DNA from: Geotalea uraniireducens Rf4
GTDB taxonomy: Bacteria; Desulfobacterota; Desulfuromonadia; Geobacterales; Geobacteraceae
Direction: 5' to 3'
NCBI RefSeq assembly: GCF_000016745.1
Contig: NC_009483.1
Span: forward strand, 5,070,001-5,102,000
DNA: 32,000 nucleotides
Shown piece after piece: positions 11,865 to 19,816 of the stretch. Below the pieces are notes generated by a model. That model worked only from the letters and a program-made list of their open reading frames with translations, ran no database searches and was not told the origin of the DNA. The translations under genes and the position numbers were made by a program. Each line of letters begins with the position of its first letter. Position 1 is the first letter of the stretch.

Positions 11865-12371
11865 TTATTTATAGCTCTTGCGCCGGAAAAGGCCGGTCTT
11901 CAGGGAGGCGATCCGGTCGAGGAAGAGCATCCCGTCCAGATGATCCATCTCGTGCTGGATGGCCACCGCCTCGAAGCCGCTCGCCTCGATTTCGTGATGG
12001 ATGCCGTCACCGTCCATGAAGCGGATGGTGATCTCCGTTGCCCGCTCAACATCGCCGGTATAATCGGGGACGCTCATGCACCCCTCGCGCATGATGGCGG
12101 CACCTTGCCTCTTGGTGATCTCCGGGTTTATCATCTGCAACAGGCCGTGGTTGTTCTCCTTACCGTTTCTGCTGGCGGAGACGTCCACCACGCAGACCCG
12201 GAGCGTAACTCCGATCTGCGGTGCGGCCACGCCGACCGAGCCGGGACCGGCATGCATGGTATCAAGGAGGTCCTGTAGCAGCCCCGTTATCGACCGGTCG
12301 ATGGCGGCTACAGGGTGGCACATTTTCTTGAGAATGGGATGGGGATATAAGAGTATTTTCTGGACAGGCAT
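11865..12371 (-). CDS. def: Peptide deformylase
   Basis: The 168-aa product has all three deformylase motifs: GVAAPQIG, EGCMSVP and HEMDHLDG. Confidence 0.96.
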   Translation of the reverse strand: MPVQKILLYPHPILKKMCHPVAAIDRSITGLLQDLLDTMHAGPGSVGVAAPQIGVTLRVCVVDVSASRNGKENNHGLLQMINPEITKRQGAAIMREGCMSVPDYTGDVERATEITIRFMDGDGIHHEIEASGFEAVAIQHEMDHLDGMLFLDRIASLKTGLFRRKSYK

Positions 12372-12375
12372 CGGA

Positions 12376-12942
12376 TTAAAGGGAGACCGGCGTGATGACG
12401 CGAACGGAGATCTCCACGCTCAACTCCTTCTTCAGTTTTTCCAGCACGGCCGCCGTATCGTCGACGCTCATTCCATCGGGGAGGGCCGCTTCCAGCATCA
12501 GGACATAGACCGGCTCCTCCTTGGTGCCGATCAGCTTCGTGTTCAGGTCGGCGATGTTGATCTTGCGCTCGGCCAGCTCCTTTGTGACCCGGTAGACGAT
12601 ACCCGGCTGGTCGGAACCGTAAACCGAAATCAGGCAGAGTTCCCCCTCCTCCTTGACCGGACAGATCTCCGCTTCCGAAAGAGCCCTCACGGAAACGGTG
12701 AGCCCCGTCCGCTCGTGAAGGAGCTTGAACTCGTCACCGAGCCGCGCCTTGGTAAACGGTTTTTCGTGGGAGATGATGAGGATCATGGCGAAGTCACCGC
12801 CGAGCATGGTGCAGCTGGAATCCTCCAGGTTGCAGCCGAGGCGGAAAAGGACTTCCGATATATCCGCTACGATGCCGGGACGGTCCTTGCTGATGACGGT
12901 AACGGCGAAATGGGCCAGGTTTTCTTTACGACATTCACTCAT
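12376..12942 (-). CDS. Tandem ACT-domain protein (GcvR-like)
   Basis: Track ORF 12376..12963. It has two ACT-like repeats (VISKDRPGIVADISEVL..., VYGSDQPGIVYRVTKEL...). The likely start is ATG 12942, preceded by AAGGAG. The stop lies 4 nt before the def start. Confidence 0.8.
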   Translation of the reverse strand: MSECRKENLAHFAVTVISKDRPGIVADISEVLFRLGCNLEDSSCTMLGGDFAMILIISHEKPFTKARLGDEFKLLHERTGLTVSVRALSEAEICPVKEEGELCLISVYGSDQPGIVYRVTKELAERKINIADLNTKLIGTKEEPVYVLMLEAALPDGMSVDDTAAVLEKLKKELSVEISVRVITPVSL

Positions 12943-13109
12943 CGGTTCGCTCCTTTGCTTCAAACCGTTCTATCCGTTATTCCTGTCAATGTCAACTCTC
13001 TGCATTAACCTAACTCCGGTTGGACAATGAATGACTTTAGAATGGAGCCCCTATGCCGCATGCGATTCATCACCTGGAGTAACCAGAAGCAAGAAAGCGG
13101 ACATTTTGG

Positions 13110-13619
13110 TCAAGAAACTGATAACTTTTGTCTTAACTTTTCAATCTCCTCAGGCGGAAGTCTCCTTCCGACAGTCGGCCAAACTGAAAGCCAGCGCAAC
13201 AGTTCTACTGCATTCACCAGTCCTAATCTATGGGCTTCTTGTACTATCCAGATACTTCCCCGGAAGTCAACCCCCTCTTCCTCGCATCTCTCTCGTAACG
13301 AACGGTCTCCCGCAAGCACCACGCGATCATGTTCCTGAGCATAGCAAACCGTCATCATATCATTGGTGCTAACCCCGCGCCTGCGCATGGCGGTTGCCCT
13401 TTCTGCCAGTTCGAACGAGGTCTCGATAACGGTAATTCCTGAGCGAATGATCTTCTGCACCAAGTCAGGTTGATCTCCGTGCTCGCATTCAACCAGCACG
13501 ACGTCCAGGACCTCGCACGGGGCCAGCTGCGGCAGTACTTCGATTCCCCCGACATACTCAAGGTCAATCAATATGCTGGTATCGGCCAGGAGAATCAAGA
13601 AGGGTCTTCCGAAAGCCAC
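13110..13619 (-). CDS. PIN-like nuclease domain protein (DUF3368-like), putative toxin/effector
   Basis: The 169-aa ORF starts at GTG 13619. An alternative TTG at 13598 forms a TTGA start/stop overlap with the upstream gene. Acidic PIN-type positions are LLADTSILIDL, VLVECE, STNDMM and VLAGDRSL. Confidence 0.65.
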   Translation of the reverse strand: MAFGRPFLILLADTSILIDLEYVGGIEVLPQLAPCEVLDVVLVECEHGDQPDLVQKIIRSGITVIETSFELAERATAMRRRGVSTNDMMTVCYAQEHDRVVLAGDRSLRERCEEEGVDFRGSIWIVQEAHRLGLVNAVELLRWLSVWPTVGRRLPPEEIEKLRQKLSVS

Positions 13620-14662
13620 TTGGTAAGTTCGTTTCTGACTGTGCGGACCGGCTCTCCAAGCACCTCGGCGGCTTTTGAAGTGGTGATTTTTTCCTGGATC
13701 AGGGCTTGATACACCAGCCTGTCGAGACGGCGAAGCGATCCCGGTGGTTTAAGGTCCACTGCCTCGTTTACCTTGCCATACTTGTCATTGAGCTTGGCGA
13801 TTTGCTGGAATGACTGCCTGGAAGAAATTATGTCCAGTTGGGCAGCACGGACCAGAATCGTCCTCATGCTCACGGAGTAGCGAATCTTGATGTCTGCAAG
13901 CAGGGAGTACGGAAGCCAACGGTTACGGTAGGGGTGCAGCTCGGCCTCGACGATATTGCGCGGCAGAATGACCGCCCCGGCCAGATGATTGGCGGCCTGC
14001 TCACGGGGGTCCGTCCTACCGGTTTTCGGATGCATTGAAGTGGGAGTTTGGTACTCCCGCCGATGAAAAATAAGATGGGAGAGTTCGTGAAGCGCGGTAA
14101 AGTATTGTCTCTCCGTACGGTGATTCGAGTTGACGAAAATAACCCCGCCGACTTCTTCCGTGTAGGCGGAAAACCCGGAGACCGTGTCGGGGAGCTGGTG
14201 CAGAAAAATCTTGAGCCCCTTGGTTTCCAGGAGAGAAAGGACATCTCCCAATGGAGCGTCCTCAACACCCAGCCAATCCCTCACCTCATTAGCAACCTGT
14301 TCGACAATATGTTGATCGAACGCATCAAGGGGCCGGGATACGGGGAGATTTGGCAGAACTCCTGCCAACTTCTCGATCTCGGCGTAATCGTAAGCCTTGC
14401 GGGTCAGCAAGCTTTTCAGGGCTGGTGACAGGGTTTCGGTGGCATCAGCGCGGAACAGCAACACCGGTTCAGTCACATTGCCCGTGCCGAGCATTACGTC
14501 GATGGGTACATGCAAAATCTGACAGAGTTTTACCACCTGCTGCATTGAAGGCTGTCGTTCCCCACGTTCCCAGGCGGCTATGGTTTGTCGGGTAACACCG
14601 GCAAGTTCGCCCAAGGCCTCTTGCTTCATACCGGCAAGCTCTCTAAGCTCCCGTAAAATCAT
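13595..14662 (-). CDS. XRE-family HTH fused to an ImmA/IrrE (M78) zinc metallopeptidase domain
   Basis: Track ORF 13595..14698. The likely start is ATG 14662 (MILRELRELAGMKQ), with GGGAGG 7 nt upstream. The HTH reads QEALGELAGVTRQTIAAWERGERQP; the peptidase has HEXXH (ALHELSHLIFH) plus a downstream EQAANHLAGAVILP. Confidence 0.88.
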   Translation of the reverse strand: MILRELRELAGMKQEALGELAGVTRQTIAAWERGERQPSMQQVVKLCQILHVPIDVMLGTGNVTEPVLLFRADATETLSPALKSLLTRKAYDYAEIEKLAGVLPNLPVSRPLDAFDQHIVEQVANEVRDWLGVEDAPLGDVLSLLETKGLKIFLHQLPDTVSGFSAYTEEVGGVIFVNSNHRTERQYFTALHELSHLIFHRREYQTPTSMHPKTGRTDPREQAANHLAGAVILPRNIVEAELHPYRNRWLPYSLLADIKIRYSVSMRTILVRAAQLDIISSRQSFQQIAKLNDKYGKVNEAVDLKPPGSLRRLDRLVYQALIQEKITTSKAAEVLGEPVRTVRNELTKWLSEDPS

Positions 14663-14713
14663 GGGATACCTCCCTTCCTCTTCCTGTCGATCAATCATTG
14701 TGCAAATTATTTA

Positions 14714-14759
14714 TGTTCTATATGTGTAACATGATATCAATAAATAATATGTTTGACAA
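14714..14759 (-). promoter_or_regulatory. Candidate promoter/operator of the XRE-ImmA/PIN operon, overlapping a divergent plus-strand TTGACA
   Basis: The minus strand reads TTGTCA (14759-14754)-17 nt-TATCAT (14736-14731). The palindrome TGATATCA (14732-14739) overlaps the -10, and TGTT-N10-AACA (14714-14731) covers the expected transcription start. The plus strand has TTGACA at 14753-14758. Confidence 0.5.
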
Positions 14760-14963
14760 CCATCAAATGTTATATTATGTATGTTGTGGTCCAATAGAAA
14801 AAAGCCACAAGATATGGGGATATCCTGTGGCCATCCGCAAGCCCGGCGGGGACCGGGCTGCTTGTCAGAGTGCTTTGGAGGCTCTCTATGGTGTTTTTCA
14901 ATATCATAGATGATGACTTTTGGCAAGCCAGGATAACGCGCCCCTTGAAAGGAGACCCTGGTC

Positions 14964-15086
14964 ATGAAAAAGTCAGCACCGCAACGAAACGGCAAGCGAC
15001 TGATTTTCCGCGAATGGCGGACAATCAACGACAAGCTCGTACATGCTTCAGAGTACGGGCTCAAGGCTTGGCCCTTATGGGTTTGA
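14964..15086 (+). CDS. Small hypothetical protein (40 aa), below the ORF-track cut-off
   Basis: The ATG is preceded by AAAGGAGA at a 7-nt spacing. The product is MKKSAPQRNGKRLIFREWRTINDKLVHASEYGLKAWPLWV. I recognise no family. Confidence 0.4.
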   Translation: MKKSAPQRNGKRLIFREWRTINDKLVHASEYGLKAWPLWV

Positions 15087-15156
15087 GCACTTCACCGTGA
15101 GGGGTGGCAACACCCCTCTCAGTTCAGTTCACCAATTTCAAAATGGGAGAAATACC

Positions 15157-15345
15157 ATGGGAAAACATCTTAAACCGGGCAATACGGCACCGGCATCGGC
15201 ACAATATGAAATCGTCGGACCAAGAGGCGGTCGTACAGGACAAGAACGGACTGTGACCAGAGGGGAGCCGCTACCGCCAACTCCGCAGGCCGGTCAGGGA
15301 TATGTCATTGCTGATCGAACGAAGAATAGAGCTGGCAGAAGATAA
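15157..15345 (+). CDS. Small protein resembling the YjzC-like family (62 aa)
   Basis: This is the internal ATG of track ORF 15043..15345, preceded by GGGAGA. The product is MGKHLKPGNTAPASAQYEIVGPRGGRTGQERTVTRGEPLPPTPQAGQGYVIADRTKN. The pattern KPG..AP.SG.Y...GPRGG......V..GE.LPPT recalls YjzC-like proteins, from memory only. Confidence 0.5.
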   Translation: MGKHLKPGNTAPASAQYEIVGPRGGRTGQERTVTRGEPLPPTPQAGQGYVIADRTKNRAGRR

Positions 15346-15351
15346 CAAATA

Positions 15352-15385
15352 CGAAGGGGCAAGCCGTGCAGGCGGATTGCCCCTT
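15352..15385. terminator. Hairpin between the convergent small ORF and res
   Basis: GAAGGGGCAA-14 nt-TTGCCCCTTC: a 10-bp stem with weak T-runs. Confidence 0.5.
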
Positions 15386-15421
15386 CTTGAAACAACGTTC
15401 AATGTGTTCAGGCGCCAGATA

Positions 15422-17998
15422 TCACGAATTGCGTCCCCTCACTGTCGCCCTTATTGCCTCCCAATCTTTATCTTTGGGCATAATGAAAAGGCACTTTCCG
15501 TTACTCCGCTTCTCCCAGAGTTTGCCCAGTTGACGTTTTTCCACGTTCTCCGGCAACACCCAGTCACGGCTGTTCTTGTATTCCACCGCCAAAATCCGGC
15601 CATCCTCCAACTGACAGAGGAAGTCGGGATAAAAACGGTCGCTGCCGGTTTGCAGCGAAAATGACGTCCTCTTGCACTCCACGTTGCGGACCCAGAACTT
15701 CACCCCTTCGAGTTGCGTTGCCAAAAACAGTGCACACTCGAATTCGTCCCCGTTCCCTTTCAGATTGCCGATTTGCGGAAAGAAATGCTTGGGCAGGTCG
15801 GTAAAGCCGCAATAGATCGAGTCATGGGCGTAGCGCCCCTGTTCAAATACGACCTGGCTTCGGTCATTGACGGTAAAGTCTTCCGGCGCGAGCAAGAGGG
15901 TCTGATGCACCTTCTGCATCGCCTGTTTCCTGGCTTCGCCGATCTTTGTCTCCAATGTGTTGCGCAGCCGAAATTTGGCGTACGCAAGTTCTTCCAGCGT
16001 AAAACCGTTGGTTCGCAGCCAATCCACTGCTTTGTTCAGGAAGGCCGCCTTTTCGTCCGGGAGCAGGGTCTCGTCATAGATGTTCCGCTCCAGCCAGGAG
16101 ACAAGATGCACCTGATCCCACCCCGAGTGATACTCGAAAAGGAGCGGCTCCGCCACGCCGGGCTGGAAAGGGGTGAACTTGACCTTTTCCTTGTCCAGGT
16201 ACATCGTGCCGCCTTGGGGCTGCATGCTTGCCTTGCTGAATGTCGTCAGGTCGCAGGGATAATCCAACAGGCTCCAGTCTCCCTGCAACAGATGGGTGGC
16301 TTCGAACGGCTCCCACAAGTCACCTTGGCGGTACTGGAGTTGTGGGACCTTGAAGCGTTCACCCTGTTCTGCCGGTGACTTGGGTGGCACTTTGCGTGGT
16401 GAGCGCAGGCGGACAATGGCCTCACGAACCGCCTCCTTGCCCGCCGGGGTCTGAAAGACATCCTGCAAGGCCTTTACCTGGGTTTCGGTAAAGGTGCCCT
16501 TCAGGGTAATGGAGCCGTTCTCGGGGGTGATCTCGATCTTCTTTGCCAGATTTTCCGGGATGGCCTCTGGCTCGGGCAGTTCCGGCGTACTATAGGTCAG
16601 GCTGTGCTGGTGAGTAAACAGGTCTTCCGTCTGCTGGTCATCCGGGATATTGATCAGCTCCCTGGCCTCCTGCCGTTCGAAGCCGTTGCGTACCAGACCG
16701 TCCTTGAGGCTTTCGACCGTAGCCGCGAAGTTGCTCGACGTCAGGTAGGCATAAGCCATGTTCAGTTCCGGGTGATCCTTTTTTTCGGCGTACGGCAGGC
16801 GCAAAACCCGTCCCAACACCTGTTCCGCCGCCGTGGCCGAGCTGGTGTTGCGCAACGAGCAGAGCACGTAAGCAAATGGGCAGTCCCACCCTTCTCGCAA
16901 CTTATCCACGGTAATGATGTAGCGGAAACGGCAATCCTCGGCCAGAATATCCTTGCCTGCGATCTCGTCAACCGTGCCGGTGGCAATGGCGATTTCATCG
17001 ACAGGAATGCCGAAATCATCCAGCAGCGCCTGCCTGACCTTTTCCGGTATCAGCGTTTCATGGTCGGCGTCTTTGCGCTCCGCCTGGATAAGCATGATCG
17101 GCCGCAGATATCTCTTGCCCGCCGCCCGTTCCGCTTCAGCGGCCTGCTGCAACCGGCCCAGACAGGCAATTGCGTCGCGCAGGGCATCGAGCCAGTTGGG
17201 GCGCTGGACCAGGGTCAGCGGCATCTTGATCATGAATTCAGTATGCAGTACCGATGCGGAGACGCTGTAAAGCACGTTGCTCGGCTGCCAGGTGCGGTCC
17301 GGGGTCGCCGTCAGTTCCAGGATGGCGCACGGTTCGAAACGGGACAGGGTGTCAAAGGCCAGGGGGGTGCCTTGATTGTGGGCCTCATCCACAACGACAA
17401 AGGGTTTGCGCAGCCGCAGCACATCCACCAGCGAGCCATTGCCGCGCACGGCCGGGTCGGTGATCCCCTCGAAGTGCTCCATCAGGCTGCCGTTTTGCTT
17501 GTAGACGCTCAGGCGGCCGGTTTCCTCCTGCTTGAAGGCCTGCATGGTGGCGACGATGATTACGTTCGAACCGTTCAGCACATGGGGCGTCACCCGCAGG
17601 GCTTCCTCGATGTCCAGCACGGTCACTTCTCCCAGCTTCGACGACACCGCCTGGAAGAGAATCGACTGCGGGGCGCGCAGCGCCTTCAAGGTCTGCTCAC
17701 GGATCGGCTCCGACGGCACCAGCCAGAGAGTCAGGCTGAACGGCACATGCAGCAGACTTCGGTTCACCCGTTCAATGGCCATGCCGGCCACCATGGTCTT
17801 GCCGCCGCCGGTGGGGATCCGCAGACAGACGTAGGGTGTCATCTCCAGGTTGCGCAAGGGGCGATAAAACAGCGCCGTGTTGCACCACTCTTGGGTGGTT
17901 GTGGCATAGCTTTCGCGGGGAACTCCGCTCTCCTGGCAGCGATTGAGGAACTTTTCGAACCAATCCAGCGCGTCGAACTGATAACTCTTGAGGATCAT
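15422..17998 (-). CDS. res: Type III restriction enzyme Res subunit (SF2 DEAH helicase + C-terminal PD-(D/E)xK nuclease)
   Basis: Track ORF 15422..18118. Helicase motif I is RIPTGGGKT, motif II VVVDEAHN, motif III LELTATP, and a late motif is TVDKLREGWDCPF. The C-terminal nuclease motif is YPDFLCQLEDGRILAVEYK. The true start is probably ATG about 17998 (MILKSYQFDALDWF); the 40 upstream codons (TTG start) merely read through a REPIN repeat. Confidence 0.9.
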   Translation of the reverse strand: MILKSYQFDALDWFEKFLNRCQESGVPRESYATTTQEWCNTALFYRPLRNLEMTPYVCLRIPTGGGKTMVAGMAIERVNRSLLHVPFSLTLWLVPSEPIREQTLKALRAPQSILFQAVSSKLGEVTVLDIEEALRVTPHVLNGSNVIIVATMQAFKQEETGRLSVYKQNGSLMEHFEGITDPAVRGNGSLVDVLRLRKPFVVVDEAHNQGTPLAFDTLSRFEPCAILELTATPDRTWQPSNVLYSVSASVLHTEFMIKMPLTLVQRPNWLDALRDAIACLGRLQQAAEAERAAGKRYLRPIMLIQAERKDADHETLIPEKVRQALLDDFGIPVDEIAIATGTVDEIAGKDILAEDCRFRYIITVDKLREGWDCPFAYVLCSLRNTSSATAAEQVLGRVLRLPYAEKKDHPELNMAYAYLTSSNFAATVESLKDGLVRNGFERQEARELINIPDDQQTEDLFTHQHSLTYSTPELPEPEAIPENLAKKIEITPENGSITLKGTFTETQVKALQDVFQTPAGKEAVREAIVRLRSPRKVPPKSPAEQGERFKVPQLQYRQGDLWEPFEATHLLQGDWSLLDYPCDLTTFSKASMQPQGGTMYLDKEKVKFTPFQPGVAEPLLFEYHSGWDQVHLVSWLERNIYDETLLPDEKAAFLNKAVDWLRTNGFTLEELAYAKFRLRNTLETKIGEARKQAMQKVHQTLLLAPEDFTVNDRSQVVFEQGRYAHDSIYCGFTDLPKHFFPQIGNLKGNGDEFECALFLATQLEGVKFWVRNVECKRTSFSLQTGSDRFYPDFLCQLEDGRILAVEYKNSRDWVLPENVEKRQLGKLWEKRSNGKCLFIMPKDKDWEAIRATVRGRNS

Positions 17999-18007
17999 GC
18001 AAACTCC

Positions 18008-18183
18008 ACGTCCCGTGGGGACGGTATGAAGATAGCCGGGGAATTCATTCCCCGGTTCATGGAATAAAACAATCATCACGTCACGTACGTGACGTGGGGA
18101 ATTGGTGGGGCGTCTCAAATCCGTGGGGCGTTCAAATCCGTGGGATGAATCCCACGGCTACCGTCAAACGCCCCTCTGGGGCT
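18008..18183. repeat. REPIN-like composite repeat, copy A, occupying the whole mod-res intergenic region
   Basis: A series of hairpins: GTCCC-GTG-GGGAC; GATAG+CCGGGGA-ATTCAT-TCCCCGG; the 16-nt palindrome CGTCACGTACGTGACG; CCGTGGGA-TGAA-TCCCACGG+CTACC; and GCCCC-TCT-GGGGC. It is collinear with copies B and C, plus a ~20-nt internal duplication. Confidence 0.85.
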
Positions 18184-19779
18184 TTATACACCAGTTTTAA
18201 GCTTGTACGGTAATTGCTTGAAGACGATCTCCTCGCGCCGCTGCCGTTCGTGGTCGATGCGGCAGGCCGTGCCGTATATGACTTTCGGCCCGTCGTGGCC
18301 GGGCAGCGCGGCCAGGATGGCGATTGTCAACACATTGCCGCCCCGTTGCGTCTTGTCCTTGAGGATGCCGTTATAGAGGAGATAGACCGCCGTGCCGTTA
18401 TGGACGCCCAATAGCGGGTTGTCCAGGGTGGCCGTGGCGGGCAGCGGCTCGCCGGTTTCGGTGAAATAGACATGCCGGGCAAGATCGGAAAAGCGCACCG
18501 AGGAGCGGATATTGCCCCGCTCGTCAAAGAGCGGTTCGCTCAGTTCGCAGAAGCGGAAACCGCCACCGAGAGCGGGAACTTTCTCGTAACCTTGCGAAAC
18601 CCGCGAGAGTCGTTGTGCAGTGATCTTGCGGCAGATATGTTCGTCCATCTCCACCAGGATAAAGCGGCGGTTACCGCCGTCTGAGGCGTTCTGCGCCAGC
18701 ACGGCATGGCCTGTGGTGCCGGAGCCAGCGAAGGAGTCAAGAATGAGAGCGTCTTTGTCTGATGAGATTTGCATGAGATGGCGAATGAGACGGGTAGGTT
18801 TCGGTGTAAACTTTACCTCCGGCACAAGCGCCCGTAGCTCTTTTGCCGCTTCATCCGTATGCCCGGCGACCTCATGTTTAAGTAGAGACACCGGTATCAT
18901 TCCCTGCTGTATTTCAGATAAGAAATTTTTCAATCTCGGTGTAGAGCTTTTGCCGTCCTTACCCCACCAAATACGATTTTCTTTCTCATTCTTTTCATGC
19001 ACTTCTTTTGACATTGCCCAAACGCGAGTTTCTTTCGGCCAAATTTCTTCTTCAGTATTTCGATTGATGATGGGATAAAAAAGATTTGGTCTTTCACTAG
19101 CAGTATAGCGACAAGAATAATCCATTGATTGCCAAGGGCCACGTGGGTCATTGTCTGGGTTCTTGTATCTTCCCGTCTGGTCAAAAGTCAACGGCAGCAA
19201 ATTCCTTTGAAACTTTGATGACTTGCGATACGCTAGCAATGTTTCATGTAAGTATCCGATGTCTTTAGTGTCAGGTGGCGGTGAATATCGTTTTTCCCAC
19301 GCAAAGGAGCACAAGAAGTTATTTGCCCCGAAAATCTCATCCATCATCATCCGCAGGAAATGCACTTCGTTATCATCAATACTGATGAAAATAGCCCCGT
19401 CATCCCGCAGAAACTCCCGCAGTAGCGCCAGACGCGGGTACATCATACACAACCACTTGTCATGCCGCGAAAGGTCTTCCGCCTCCTTCCCCACGGCCCT
19501 GCCCAACCACTCCCGCATCTCAGGGCTGTTGACGTTGTCGTTGTAGACCCACCCCTCGTTGCCGGTGTTGTACGGCGGATCGATGTAGATGCACTTCACC
19601 TGTCCGGCGTAGTAGGGCAACAGCGCCTTGAGCGCCAGCAGGTTGTCCCCCTGCACCAGCAGGTTGCCGCTGCCGGGATCGCCCACGGAAAGTTCAGGAT
19701 TTTCCCGCAGCAGGTGAAACGGCACTTCGCGATGATGGTTGACGACGGCTTTCTTGCCGATCCAGTCGAGTCTGGGCAT
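18184..19779 (-). CDS. mod: Type III R-M Mod subunit (beta-class N6-adenine/N4-cytosine DNA methyltransferase)
   Basis: The 531-aa product has motif IV IYIDPPYNTGNE near the N-terminus and motif I LDSFAGSGTTGHAV near the C-terminus (IV-TRD-I order). It lies upstream of res on the same strand. Confidence 0.9.
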   Translation of the reverse strand: MPRLDWIGKKAVVNHHREVPFHLLRENPELSVGDPGSGNLLVQGDNLLALKALLPYYAGQVKCIYIDPPYNTGNEGWVYNDNVNSPEMREWLGRAVGKEAEDLSRHDKWLCMMYPRLALLREFLRDDGAIFISIDDNEVHFLRMMMDEIFGANNFLCSFAWEKRYSPPPDTKDIGYLHETLLAYRKSSKFQRNLLPLTFDQTGRYKNPDNDPRGPWQSMDYSCRYTASERPNLFYPIINRNTEEEIWPKETRVWAMSKEVHEKNEKENRIWWGKDGKSSTPRLKNFLSEIQQGMIPVSLLKHEVAGHTDEAAKELRALVPEVKFTPKPTRLIRHLMQISSDKDALILDSFAGSGTTGHAVLAQNASDGGNRRFILVEMDEHICRKITAQRLSRVSQGYEKVPALGGGFRFCELSEPLFDERGNIRSSVRFSDLARHVYFTETGEPLPATATLDNPLLGVHNGTAVYLLYNGILKDKTQRGGNVLTIAILAALPGHDGPKVIYGTACRIDHERQRREEIVFKQLPYKLKTGV

Positions 19780-19816
19780 AACGGTTATTTACCTTCCATT
19801 GCTGCTTTTCGCTTAC

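Noticed and set aside
13027-13372. Plus-strand ORFs of 103 and 113 aa at the left edge of the island
   Set aside because: Both largely overlap the PIN-like gene in antisense, lack an RBS, and have Ser/Pro/Leu-rich products with no recognisable features.
16604-18067. 487-aa plus-strand ORF opposite res
   Set aside because: It is antisense to the helicase/nuclease gene that carries all the diagnostic motifs. Its product is Arg/Gly/His-rich with no motifs.
17999-18118. 40-codon N-terminal extension of res (TTG start at 18118; ...HEPGNEFPGYLHTVPTGRG...)
   Set aside because: The extension is just a translation through REPIN copy A. The same 'peptide' appears in the spurious ORF 19785..20045 over copies B and C. 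The conserved Res N-terminus begins at the internal ATG near 17998.
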